Of a DNA stretch of 64,000 nucleotides, positions 23,612 through 35,768 are shown one piece after another (position 1 is the first letter of the stretch; every line of letters begins with the position of its first letter). The notes beneath the pieces are model-generated. The model was not told where the DNA came from and ran no database searches. It saw nothing but the letters and a program-made list of their open reading frames with translations. The position numbers and the translations under genes are program-made. Source of the stretch: Hypanus sabinus (lineage: Eukaryota); contig NC_082711.1 in assembly GCF_030144855.1 (NCBI RefSeq), positions 47,678,001-47,742,000 on the forward strand, given 5' to 3'.

Positions 23612-24755
23612 AATGAGGGAAGATTGCAGCATGCTGTTTTGCAGAGTAACTTGAGAGTGTTTGCAATAGTTTATCATGAAGGTAAATAGAATATTGTCCT
23701 TAATTGCTAGAGGGATTGAGTTTAAGAGATGCTGTAATGGTACACAGTACTGCTAGGGCACTGCATGCAGTTCTGGGTTCTTTACTTGAGGGAACATATA
23801 CTGGCTTTGGAGGTGGTGTAGAGGAGGTACATCAGCTTGATTCCAGTAATGTGGGGTTTAGGTTATGAGGAAAGATTGAGTTGCCTGGGACTATACTCAC
23901 TGTACTTCAGAAGAACGAGGGGGATCTCATAGAAACATATAGAGTTATTAAAGGTAGAACTTATGAAAGTTCAAGGTTCAAAATAATAGGATAAATGCAG
24001 CAAAGTTGTTTCCACAGGTAAGTGAGAGGACGTAGCCTTGTAATGAGCTCTTCAGGTCTGTGTGGAGTGCTGGAGAGTGTGGTACTCCAATGTTTTTTTT
24101 TAGAACACCTGAATCATTTAAAATTGTTGTTAATGACAGTCGTTAATTGGTAAGAGTTCCTTGTGTTTTTCTCGAGTGACTCGCTCTTTGCAATGCCGTC
24201 TCCTGGCACCTTCTGTTTGAACTTGTTCAGCTTATTTTGATAGGCTCAGTGATTCTGTGTTAAGTTGTGTTATATAAGCAGATGCCCGATTAGCACTAAT
24301 CTCAAAGTTTTGAGACTGTTACTTCCCATGGTGATGCTCAGCCGAGCCACTGATGTTCTTTTGGAAGTATTATGAATAAATTCTCACTGCCGTCTCTACA
24401 TTGGATTCTATCTTTCCTCTGCAGTTGGGTTCTGATATTGCCGGCACACATCGTGTCAAGCATCAAAGATTTGGGGGTAATAGATTTAGGACACAGATGA
24501 GAAGAAACTGCTCTTTCCAGAGTAGTGAATCAGTGAGATTCTGCCCAGGGAGGCAGTCGGGGCTACCTCATTCAATATATTTAACGTACAGTTAGACAGA
24601 TTTTTGCAAAGCAGGGGAATTAAGGGCTATGAGGAAAAGGCAGGTAGCTGGAGATGAATGCATGACCAGTTCCACCATGATCTCATAAAATGGCAGAGAA
24701 AACTTAATGGAACAGATTGTCTATACTCCTGCTCTAATTTCTTAAGTTCTTATGA
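23612..24755 (+). mobile_element. CR1 3' fragment interrupted by a solo LTR
   Basis: CR1 ORF2 C-terminal remnants and tail ttcttaagttcttatg. Collinear across 24039-24458. Confidence 0.82.
24039..24458 (+). mobile_element. Solo LTR, 420 bp
   Basis: TG...CA ends, TSD agcct/agcat, TATATAA at 24271, AATAAA at 24375. Confidence 0.8.
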
Positions 24756-25034
24756 TTTTATGCAACATTTCAAGGGAAACAGATATGAAATGATCCAAAA
24801 CCACTAACAGGATTTAATACACAACTATCTGTCCGGAGCCAACTGCTACCATTTTGACAGAAGCCTAGATTTCTATGTCCAGCACAACTAGTTGGAATGA
24901 ATAGCAAGTTCTTTCGTCAATGCAGATCATGGGGGCGGGGGGGGGGGGGAATGGGTGGGCAGGCTGATATAGTCTGTAACTTAATCACCTATTTCTGAAT
25001 ACTACAGAGCTGGTCACCAGCAGGAGAAGAAAAG

Positions 25035-25200
25035 TCAAAGTAAGTTTTATGATCAGAGTACATATACATCACCACATACAACCTTGAGATTCTTTTCCCT
25101 ACGGGCATATGCAGAAAATCTATGGAATAGTAACTATAACAGGATCAAGTAGAGCAGAGAAGACAACAAACTGTGCAAATAAAGGCGAACACAATCTGAA
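25035..25200 (-). mobile_element. Rex1-type 3' tail
   Basis: Same terminal motif as 42420 and 45795 (gtacatatac/gtcaccatatacaacc.tgagattc). Confidence 0.6.
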
Positions 25201-25662
25201 ACTGAATCTGACAACTGTTGAGGAAATGCTGGCAGCGTACTCAAAGCTAGCAAAAAAAATTTGGCACAATCTACTCCAGCTTTTCCAAACCACTGGTCCT
25301 CTTCCTTTGACAGATAGTCTACCAGGTTAGGAGAATTCTATGATGTGAAAGTGGAATGGATGAAGGACAGAGTCCAGGACCATAGTGCAGGGATTTAATT
25401 GCAATGATGGTGGTTGTGAATGATGTAGCTTGGGTTAGGAGTATACGGCTAATAGGAAGGGTGTTATTTACCACTAAAAATTGATTGTACAGGTGAGGTA
25501 TGGATTAAGATTGTGTCTATGCCCATTATGTCAGATACAGCAACATATACATATATATTCAAAATCTTTTGCTTCTGGTTTGCAGTGGTCTCTTTAGGAA
25601 CTGATCTTTAATGGCACATGGATCTTTATTTCTAATCTGCCTAGTTATCTGCCTGGAATATA

Positions 25663-26243
25663 TACTCAGTGCCCACTTCATTAGGTAGACCTGTACACCT
25701 GCTCCTTAAAGCAAATACATAAACAGCTTATCATGTGGCAGCAATTCAATGCATCAAAGCATGCAGACATGGCCAAAAGGCTCAGTTGTTGTTCAGACCA
25801 AACATCAGAATGGGGAAGAAATGTGATCTAAGTAGCTTTGACCATCAAATAATTGTTGGTGTCAGATGGGGTGGTTTGAGTATCAGAGAATTTCCAGGGA
25901 TTTTCATGCACAACAGTCTCTAGAGTTTGAATATCTGAGAAACTGTTGGGTAACTGAGAATCTCCAGGGATTTTCATGTGCAACCGTCTCTAGAATTTGC
26001 AGAAAATGGTACAAAAAGCAAAACACATCCAGTGAGCCTTGTTAATGAGAGATGAGAGAGGAGAATGGCCTGAGTGGTTCAAGCTGATGGTTAGGCGCAG
26101 TAACTCAAATAAGCATGCGTTACAACAGTGGTGTACAGAAGACATCGCTGAAAGAATAATGCGTCAAGTGCTGAAGTGCATGGGCTACAGCAGAAGACAA
26201 GACTGGGTCCCACTCCTGTAACTAATAAAGCGGCCACTGAGTG
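25663..26243 (+). mobile_element. Non-autonomous Tc1-like element
   Basis: TIRs actcagtgcccacttcattagg / ctaataaagcggccactgagtg, TA flanks, MGKKCDLS and LKCMGYSRR remnants. Internal ~70-bp duplication at 25880-25995. Confidence 0.9.
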
Positions 26244-27480
26244 TATTTGCAATTCTTTTATCAAGTGTACTGCACTTACAATGGAGAAACCAAAAGCAAA
26301 CTGCTTTGTGGAGCACTGCATTCAATCCTTAGAAACAAAGCTGAGCTTTCTGGTGCATTTTACTTTAAATTCCCATCTGACTTTTCACCTTCCTCTCTAT
26401 AACATCCTGCAATATTATAATGAGACCCAATCTAACCTTGAGGAACTTCATCTTCCATATGCCTTGCTGCAGTCTTCTGCATTCAATATTGAATCCATTG
26501 TTTTCAAGTAACTCACTTTGCCTTGTTTCAGGAAAATAATCAAAATCAGGTTTAATATCACTTACATATGCAATGATATGTGTTGTTTTGTGGCTACAGT
26601 ACATTGCAATGCATAATAATAAATACTATAAATTACAATAACTATAGACATAAAAAAAATAAATAAGTAGTACAAAAACAGAGGAAAAGTAGCGAGGTAG
26701 TGCCCATTCAAAAAACTAAGGTGCTTAAGACTTTTGCACAGTACTGATGCAGAGGGGAAGAAGCTGCTCCTAAAATGTTGAGTGTGTGTTTTCAGGCTCC
26801 TGTACCTCTTGCTTGATGAGAAGAAGACATATACTGAGTGATGATGGCTCTTGCTGCCTTTTTGAAGCATTGCCTTTGAATGGTGTCCTGGATGCTGGGG
26901 AGATTAATGCCCATGATGGAATTGGCAGAGTTTATAACTTTCTGCAGGTTTTTCCAATCCTGTGCAGTGGCCCCTCCATTCTAGATGGTGAAGCAACCAG
27001 TTAGAATGCTCTGTAGAAATTTGGGATTGTCCTTGGTGACATAACAAACTTCTTCAAACTTATAATAAAATTATAGCCACTGCATGACTTACTTTGCAAA
27101 TGTATCAATATGCTGGATTCAGGACAGATCTACAGAGATGTTGACACTCAGGAACTTGAAACTGCTCACCCTTTACACTCCTGATTGCTCGATGAGGATT
27201 GGTGTACTTTCCCTCTACTTTCCCTTCCCAAAGTTCACAATCAATTCCTTGGTCTTACTGATGTTGAATGGAAAGTTGTTTGTGCAACACCACTCAATCA
27301 GCTGATCTATCCTTCTCCTGCATGCTTCCTTGTCACCATCTGAAATGTTACCAACAATAATTGTGTCATGAGCAAATTTTTTAGATGGCATTTGAGCAGT
27401 CCCTAGCCACAGGTGTAGAGAGAGTAGGACAATGGGCTAAGCATACATTCTCCCTTTCAAAGTGTGCATAAAAGGCACTG

Positions 27481-27643
27481 GGGCAACACACAAAAAATGC
27501 TGGAGGAACTCACCAGATCAGGCACCATCTATGGAAAAGAGTAAACAGTTGATGTTTCAGACTGAGACCCTTCATCAGGACAGTATCCAGCATCTGTCTT
27601 GATGAAGGAATTTCCAGGATCTGCAGATTTTCTTGTGTTTGTG
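27481..27643. mobile_element. Penelope pseudo-LTR fold-back insertion
   Basis: pLTR arm carrying the hammerhead core on the minus strand, then the opposite-orientation terminus. TSD ataaaaggcactg / ataaaaggcattg. Confidence 0.8.
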
Positions 27644-28161
27644 ATAAAAGGCATTGAGCTCATCTGGGAGTGAAGATTCACAGTGATTCGTGATGTTAGG
27701 TTTTGCTTTGTAGGAGGTAATGGCATGCATCTGATTCCATCTCTAACCTCAATTGGAATTGGGTTTTTTTCACTCTTAAGATAGTCTTCCATAAGGTGGG
27801 CCTGAGCTTTGTATAGTTCTGGATCACTTGTCTTGAATACCATCGATCTAACCCTCAGCAGACCTAGAATCTCCTGGTTCATCTATTGCTTTTGGTTTCC
27901 ATATGTCTAGTATGTTCTAGACGGCACCAACGATGAATTTGGTGACAAATGTGGCGTATTCATTCAGACTCGAAGATGAATCCTTGAATATTGTCCAGTC
28001 CACGTATTCGAAGCAGTGTTGAAAGTGTTCCTCCAGCTCCCTTGACCATACCTTCTTGCTCCTCACTACTGGTACTGCAGTCTTTTGTCTCTGCCTATAC
28101 ACTGGGAGCAAAAGTGTAGCCAGGTGATCAGACGTGTTCTTGATGGTGGTATTACAGCAGT

Positions 28162-28423
28162 GTTGTGGTGTGGCCAAGTGGCTAAGGCGTTGGTCTAGTG
28201 ACCTGAAGGTCGCCAGAGGCAGCGTGTTGAGCAAGGCACTTAACCACACATTGCTCTGCGATGACAACAGTGCCAAGCTGCATCAGTCTAGTGCCCTTCC
28301 CTTGGACAACATCGCTGGTGTGGAGAGGGAGACTTGCAACATGGGCAACTGCTGGTCTTCCATACAACCTTGCCCAGGCCTCAGTCAACATCCAAATTGA
28401 TGGACAGCCGAAGAAAAGAAGAG
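28162..28423 (+). mobile_element. tRNA-derived SINE with (GAA)-like tail
   Basis: A-box-like tggccaagtggctaagg, tail gaagaaaagaagag, perfect 11-bp TSD attacagcagt (28151-61, 28424-34). Confidence 0.85.
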
Positions 28424-28667
28424 ATTACAGCAGTCAAATGTGTTGGCTCCGCAGGTTCCACAGGTGAGATGTTGGTGCTTTATGTTCACAGACTTCAACA
28501 AGCCGGCCTAGTTGAAATCCCCCACAATGATAGAGAAGACATCAGGGTGTGCAGTTTCATGCCGCTGATTATGATGCCCAGTTCCTCCAGTACCTGCCTG
28601 AGGTTGGCCTGAGGTGCAACGTACTCCATTACCAGAATGACTCCCTCGGCAGATAAATGCATGATAT

Positions 28668-28951
28668 TTATTTATTTATTGAGCTATAGTGTGGAACAGG
28701 ACCTTCCGGCCTTTTGAGCCACACCATACAACGCCCCCATTTAAACCTGGCCTAATCATGAGACAACTTACAATGACCAATTAACCGACCAACTGGTATG
28801 TCTTTGAACTGTGGGAGGAAACAGTAGCACCTGGAGGAAACCCACACAGACATGGGGAGAACGTACAAACTCCTTACAGACAGAGCAGGAATTGAACCCA
28901 GGTCACTGATACTGTAAAGCGTTGTGCCAACCACTACACTACCGTGCTGCC
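28668..28951 (-). mobile_element. HE1/V-SINE-type tRNA-derived SINE
   Basis: Minus-strand head ggcagcacggtagtgtagtggtt..gggttcaattcc, core ggagtttgtacgttctcccc..gtgggtttcctcc, (TAAA)n tail. Confidence 0.88.
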
Positions 28952-30920
28952 TTGACCATGATGTGTTCCAGATTGGCTGGGCAGGACTGAGACAGAACCT
29001 TCATGACTGTCTCAGTCTATCTGAATACATGGGCCGGGATTGTCAGTTCAGATATAATTGACTTTAGCAAAGTAATTTGAGCTGATTCTACTCTAAAGAC
29101 TGTGGTAATGAAAAGATACAAGGGATATTGCAGAGAGAAAAGAAAACAGGTTGAGATGAGGAGATAATTGTATTAAATCAGTAAATTGTTCTGATCTGCA
29201 AACGTTTATAAAATAAATTCCCCAAGGAGTGGTGGAAGCAGATATAAGGTTAAGTTCAAAGAGTGCAATGCCTACATTTGCAAGATGGCAGGGAAGAGTA
29301 ATGGAGTTGGCAAGATTGAAAGCTCCTTTAGAAGATCTTATCAGGAACTCAGCATCATGTTGCTTGCTGTGTTATTTCATGGTTCTTTAAGCCAAGTGGC
29401 TATATGCCTTTATTTTTTACAGAATCACCACTGGTAGCAGCCAGTTTCATAATAAATGTTTCCTCCATAATAAATAGCCCAATAGTGACAACTTACTGCT
29501 CAATAATAGTGGGCACTAAGATGTCGTTATTGGGCTATTTATTATGGAGGAAAACAATTTTCACAAAAATAATAATTCCTGCGTGTATACTTACTTTGTA
29601 GAAATAATTCATTGGTAAATAAGGAAGCTACACATATATGTGCCATAAGCATCGGTTATACTGTATGTGTGTACTGTATCTTATAATCACATTACATTCC
29701 ACAAAAACTGAATAATTCAAAGTGATCATCCACATGAGTTTTGTACTGAATCCTTGTGATTTAAATTTTCTTTTCTTTAATTAGTGTCCTGCTGAATGCA
29801 TTCATATCACATTCCTGTGTGTAATTCTTTATTGAAGTCACAAACCTGTTATTTTTACTGGGTTAACACTTTATTTAATAGCACACAAAAGAATTTAACA
29901 TGAAGGCATAAGATACTGCTCCAAGGAAACCTCACCTTAAATTGCAGGCTGATTACATCCTACCCATTTTAAACCCATCTAAAATATTTTTTTTTAATTT
30001 ATTTCCTGTTCATTGCAATTCAGGAGTAAAATATATCAGTAATTCCAAAAATAATAGTCTTCTTGAAGGTTTATTGGAATGGTGAGTGAGATGGTTTCTG
30101 CCTCTTAGCAGTCCCAAGCTCAGAAGGTCACCAAGATCATCTGACCAATGGAACATCTTGGTACAAAGCTGGATTGGGAGAATGTAGTCCTCCATTCAGG
30201 AAAGGACAATAAAATGTTGAAAGGACGATGGTGATACAGTTGAAGAGAATAAAATAGCACATGTGTAGAGGGAAAGTTTTTGAAATGAGTTTCTACTGAA
30301 GGACTAAAACCATGGACGACTAAAAGAGGTGAAATATTCAATCCATCCTAAATTTTGTCTTAGACAAAGTGTATCTATCACTCTGCCCTGTTCTCTTGTA
30401 GCTCCATTTCTGTAAATTTTCAATTAACATGACTTGAGAAAACCTCTGTGATTTCCTCGGACTGTTTTGCTCGTTGATTCAAAAAGATTCATGTTGCTGT
30501 ACATTTCAATGTACTTGTGACAAATAAAACTAATGTTTTTTTGCCAGTCATTAAATATGTTAGGCTGCTTCACTACATTATCAATGCTATAAAAATGCAA
30601 ATTGTTATTGTTAACATATGCATGTTACTTGTTACTCCTGGCCATTACTTGTTTGCTTCATAAATTTCTGATGCCTGGAATGTAAATCAGTGATGAATGA
30701 TAGTGGGAGGGTGAAAGGTGGTTCTGAAAAGTTTAAACTATTCTCATCTATGATGGGGATGAATTCCAGAAGATGTTTGCTAAGGTAGCCTCTGCTCAAG
30801 TTGAATTTACCTTCAGTCACTTCTGAAGAAATCTTCATTAATCTTCATTTAATTTGTTTTATCCTGATACATTGTCCATGACAATATGTCAGTGCACAAG
30901 AAAAGTCAAACACGGACACA

Positions 30921-31134
30921 CAGATAGTTCTGCTATAATGCAGATTTTCATTTACAAATTGGTTATAATATGAATGATGGCTGAGCAAACGGCATTTGCA
31001 ATACACGGGAACTTTGCTCACAGCGAGATCAGGAATGGGAACAACTGTTTAAATCTCTACTATATGAAGGCAACTGTAATCTGTTCTGCGATAACACAAC
31101 ATTCTGTACCTTCGTGTTATAGCAAAACTACGTG
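30921..31134. mobile_element. Tigger/pogo-like MITE, 214 bp
   Basis: Imperfect TIRs cagatagttctgctataatgc / gtgttatagcaaaactacgtg (16/21), right flank TA. Confidence 0.65.
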
Positions 31135-31544
31135 TAATCTGTAATACAACAATAACAAATTATCTAAATGTCTTCAGGAAATTTTGCAAGCTGCTTTGGG
31201 AATCAGACTGGAAATTTTTCATCACCATTCACTGGTAAAAGACTGAACTGGTGCCAGTTGGAGAGAAAGCTTGCTGTATGGTGATGCTGTTAGAATGGGA
31301 CAGCAGAGGGCGAGGATAGACCTCTGGATCCACACTTTGGGTCCCCTCCATGAGCATCGCCCACCACAAGCGATTTGTGTGCAGCTTAATTCCCATCAGA
31401 GGTGAATTCACTTGATCATAATTGCTAAAAATGTCAAATTTACTTTGCGAAATTAAGTATAACTTAAATCCAAGGTTCAAGGAAATTTTGTGCAGCTTGT
31501 TTAACTCTTTCACTTCTCTGCAGAAACAGACTCAAATGGCTATT

Positions 31545-31775
31545 CATTTTATTTATTTAGAGATACCAGGCCCTTCTGATCCAAAGAGCCTACACCACCC
31601 AATTAACCTGCTAACACATCCATCTTTTGGAATGTGGGAGGAAACCGGAGCACCTGGAGGAAACCCACACAAACAACGGGAAATCACACTTACTCCTTAC
31701 AGACAACAGTGGCATTGAACCCATGTCCCTAGCACTGTAATAGTGTTACACTAATCACTACAGTACTGTGCCACC
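31545..31775 (-). mobile_element. HE1/V-SINE-type SINE
   Basis: gtgggaggaaaccggagcacctggaggaaacccac core. Confidence 0.85.
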
Positions 31776-32189
31776 TCAAATCTGACCTGATTCTGAACAT
31801 TATAACTGATTAGAGCAAATACTGAAGGTTTCATTACCACATAACCACTGAGTGATGCACAACATTTAATCAAGGCGTTAAAGTGGTGTTCATATGGTTC
31901 AGTGCCAAATTATCATCACCTGAGTGAAAAAAGAGGTTAGGGGAAACACAATGTGATGAAGGGAAAGAGCAACTTGAATCAAAGTAGGTGTGAGGGCTTT
32001 ATAGAGTAGAGAACAAACAATGCAAGTCACCTCAAAGAGAATACTGAATCTCATTCCCAACTGCAGTTATTTAAGCTGATATGCAGGGCATTCAAAGTCA
32101 GAACTGTGCTCAGGAATGTTTAAAGTGTGTGCTTTCCAGATAACAAATTGGCATCTTGTACAGCATCTCCTGGGATGTTTTATTTCCTC

Positions 32190-32630
32190 AAAATCAGGAT
32201 CAGAATCAGGCTTAATATCAGCGGCATATGTTATGAAATTTGTTATCTTTGCGGCGGAAGTACAATGAAATACAATAGAGAAAAACTGAATTACAGGAAG
32301 TATATATATATTTATAGTTAAATAAAAATAAATAGTGCAAAAATTAGAAATAAAAAGGTAGTGAGGTTGTGGTCATGGGTTCAATGTCCATTCAGAAATC
32401 GGATGGTAGAAGGGAAGAGGATATTCCTGAATCGTTGAGTGTGTACCTTTAGCTTTCTGTACCTCCTTCCTGGTGATAGCAATGAAAACAAGGCATGACC
32501 TGGGTGATGGGATTCTTAATGATGGATGCCTCCCTTTTGAGGCATCGTCCCTTGACGATGTCCTGTATACTATGGAGGCTGCTGCCCATGATAGAGCTGA
32601 CTAAGTTTACAACTCTGTGCAGAAATTCCT
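32190..32630 (-). mobile_element. Rex1-type LINE 3' end
   Basis: atcagaatcagg tail and LHSIQDIVKGRCLKREASIIK remnant. Confidence 0.8.
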
Positions 32631-33310
32631 GTTGATTCACCATCATTCACTTTACACTACTGCACAAACTCAAAAATAAGCAGTGTGTGTGCGTGTGTCA
32701 ACCCATTTTTTAAAAAAAGTATTTGTGAGGGAAACTGTATGACTGTGTGGAGTTACAGAACCATACAACACAGTGATAGTCTCATTGGCTTGCCATGCCC
32801 ATAATGATCATCAACCACTTACCTGATCTACACTGATCTTATTTACCAGCACTCAGCTCATACCTTTCTATGGATTGGCAATTCAAGCTTGTCCAGACAC
32901 TTCTTGAGCTGCCTCCATAACCCACTCAGACACTGCTTTCCAGAGTCCAACAATTCTCTGCATGAAAATATTCTTCTCCAGATTTCTTATAGTATCCTCT
33001 CTAGGATAAGATGGTTCTGCTATAGAACTAAGTTACCTACTACCTAGCCCTCTGAACAGTTAACCCTTCCCCAATTTCACCCCAATGTATCATACAGTTT
33101 GATCACACATATCTCATTCCATTGCCTCTTCATAAAATTTAGATAATACTGACTTCAACACAACCTTACAGAGTTGTATTTACAGAAATTTCCTGACCCA
33201 TTTTCAGTTTGTTGCTTTGCATTTGCATCATAGAGTCTGCAATAAACAACAAGGCCACAAATGGCTCACTCAGTTAACGGACAACCAGCTTGCAGTAAAA
33301 ACTATTTTTA

Positions 33311-33525
33311 TCTTATTTCTTGTTTAGTGATACAGTGCAGGAAAGGCCCTTCCAGCCCTTTGAGCTGCACTGCCCAGCTTCCCCCGATTTAACCGTCTTT
33401 GGACTCTGGGAGGAAACTGGAGCACCCGGAGAAAACCCGCACGTTCCACAGATATACAAACTCCTTACAATGACGTTAGAATTGAACTCTGAATTGTAAT
33501 AGTGTCGCTCTAACCATGGCACCCA
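33311..33525 (-). mobile_element. HE1/V-SINE-type SINE (internally deleted)
   Basis: gggaggaaactggagcacccggagaaaaccc core. Confidence 0.8.
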
Positions 33526-34144
33526 AAAAAAAGATTCCAGGATAATTTGCTGGATCAGGCTTGGTCAGGAAAAACTGACATTGGTGAGCCACTGTTAATG
33601 ATCATGTCTTTCCTAAGGTAGGAAGCCAGATGCCCAGCTCTTTGTAAGAACCTGGAGTAATCTCAGTGGATCAAGGAGAATCTCTGGGAAGAAAGAAATT
33701 CTCAATGTTGCATGTCAAAACTATGCATCAGGATTGCATGCTTCTCTTGCTCACTGTCCGATGATTGACTGAAATAGAGGATGATACCAGCCAATAGACT
33801 CCATTATAAAGGGAGATAGATATGAATATTTGGAACCAGTAAGAGGTTTCAGAAAGAAGAGAATAAATCAGCAAAGCACAAGAGCAATTCTGGCTGAAAG
33901 TGTAACATTTATAATAGACTTAATTATGCACAATTAAAGGAAATCATTCCAGTTCCAATTCCAATTAGTTCCTTACACTGCAATCAAAATTGTATAGATA
34001 GTTCAGAAATATCCTGCATACACCAAGGCCTGTTATTTGGTGAGATCTTAGATATTGATCAGAAGTCTCTGTCAGTAGGTACATTCAAGAGTTTGCTGCT
34101 GCTTGAACATCTTAGAGCCGTAAAACAAATGGCAGATCCCTGCA

Positions 34145-34327
34145 ACACACACAATGCTGGAGAAGCTCAACAGGCCAAGCAGCGTCTATGGAAAAGAGTA
34201 CAGTCGATGTTTCGGGCCAAGATGTCGGCTGTCCTTTTTCCATAGATGCTGCCTGGCCTGCTGAGTTCCTCCAGCATTTCGTGTGTGCTGTTCAGATTTC
34301 CAGCATCTGCAGATTTTCTCTTGTCTG
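34145..34327. mobile_element. Penelope pseudo-LTR palindrome (fold-back insertion)
   Basis: ~70-bp inverted arms centred on ggcc. Perfect 15-bp TSD tggcagatccctgca (34130-44, 34328-42). Confidence 0.88.
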
Positions 34328-35030
34328 TGGCAGATCCCTGCAGTCCACATTAACACTGTTGTAGCCAATTGGGCAACTTTAATCAGTTTTCTTGTTCCTA
34401 ATAGGAAAGACACTGAGAAACTCCTTTCTGCTATAACCACAATCATCTTCATTTTTTTGCAATTTTTTTCTTTAAGCCAAAATAGGAAAAAAGAATTACA
34501 TGTATTATTTTCCCAACATTGCAAGTGCTTCTGCTGGAATACAGGCATTAGAGCAGATCATCCTGTTCTGCACAGAAACTCAAGCATGGCTCTACACCCT
34601 CTCTTTTAAGAATGAAGTATAGAGATTAAATGCATCGCATTCAGAATCTGAACTAACATATCAATCTGAGACTTTGTTAAAAGCTGCACTCTCAATGTCA
34701 CTGACAGGAAAGAAGAACGATAATATCAAACTGACCTGTAGCAGGGAAAAGGCTCTACAGCAAATCTGTTCCAATATGGACTATAGACCATTCATCCTAT
34801 TTTGTATTCTCTCCAGATTCTTATGAATTCCAGCCACATTCACTTATTCACCTACACAATGGTGGAAAATAATCTACCACCCTCCACGTGTTTGGGATAC
34901 GGGATGAAACCAGGACACCTGGCATGTTGTCATACTGTGCGAACTCTGCACAGGCCAGGACTGATGCTGGGTCTCTGGGGCAGTGAGACAGAGACTCTAC
35001 TAAATGTGTCACTGTGCCATCCCAGAGGCA

Positions 35031-35372
35031 GAAATGAGAGGCATTGATCATGTGGAGAGTCAGAGGCTTTTTCCAAGACTGAAATGGTTGCCACAAGACG
35101 ACACAGGTTTAAAGTGCTGGGGAGTAGGTACAGAGGAGATGTCAGGGATAAGTTTTTTACTCAGAGAGTGGTGAGTGTGTGGAACGGGCTGCCGGTAACG
35201 GTGGCGGAGGCGGATAAAATAGGGTCTTTTAAGAGACTTTTAGATAGGTACATGGAGATTTGTAAAATAGAGGGCTATAGGTAAGCCTAGGAACTTCTAA
35301 GGTAGGGACATGTTCAGCACAACTTTGTGGGCCGGAGGGCCTGTATTGTGCTGTAGGTTTTCTATGTTTCTC
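35031..35372 (+). mobile_element. CR1 3' fragment (same subfamily as 62683-63207)
   Basis: HRFKVLGSRYRGDVRDKFFTQRVVSVWNGLP and tail ttctatgtttct. Confidence 0.9.
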
Positions 35373-35477
35373 TCTCAGACAAGATTGTGAGATATTTTGG
35401 ATCATTTGACAGAAGGAAGTACAAGATAGGGGACAATGATTTTATTTTATTTCTTCAGGTAATATATATGTTGTTGC

Positions 35478-35768
35478 AACACCAGCATTTATTTTCTGTC
35501 ACAAATTGCCCCTGAATTAAGAGTCAATCAGACTGGTCAGACTGGACTAGGGTGGCAGGTTTCCACTCTGAAGAGGCTAGTGGAACCAGATGGAATTTTA
35601 TAATAATCCTGTGGCTTCAGGCTTATCATTACTGAGGTTGCCTTTTGTTTTCAGAAGTACAGACTCTCGTGGTCTAATTCCCCATCATGGCATTCAAACT
35701 CATCTCTCCAAACATTTCCAGAACTTTGGCTGATAGTCGAGTATCTTAGCCATTATGCTACCATGCTC
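35478..35768 (-). mobile_element. Ancient tRNA-derived SINE (shark SacSINE/DeuSINE-like)
   Basis: ccagcatttatt..aattgcccctga, ggcaggtttcc..tagtggaaccagatgg and ccattatgctacc motifs, recalled from shark SINEs. Confidence 0.5.

Larger units (their letters stand above)
26538..28990 (-). mobile_element. Rex1/Babar LINE (endonuclease to 3' tail, internally deleted) with nested insertions
   Basis: SDHLATLLLPVYRQR..KVWS..CFEYVDWTIFK and WMNQEI motifs, plus Rex-type tail at 26540. Confidence 0.85.

Noticed and set aside
28162-28951. tRNA genes
   Set aside because: The tRNA-like sequences are SINE heads fused to SINE cores and tails, with no intact cloverleaf.
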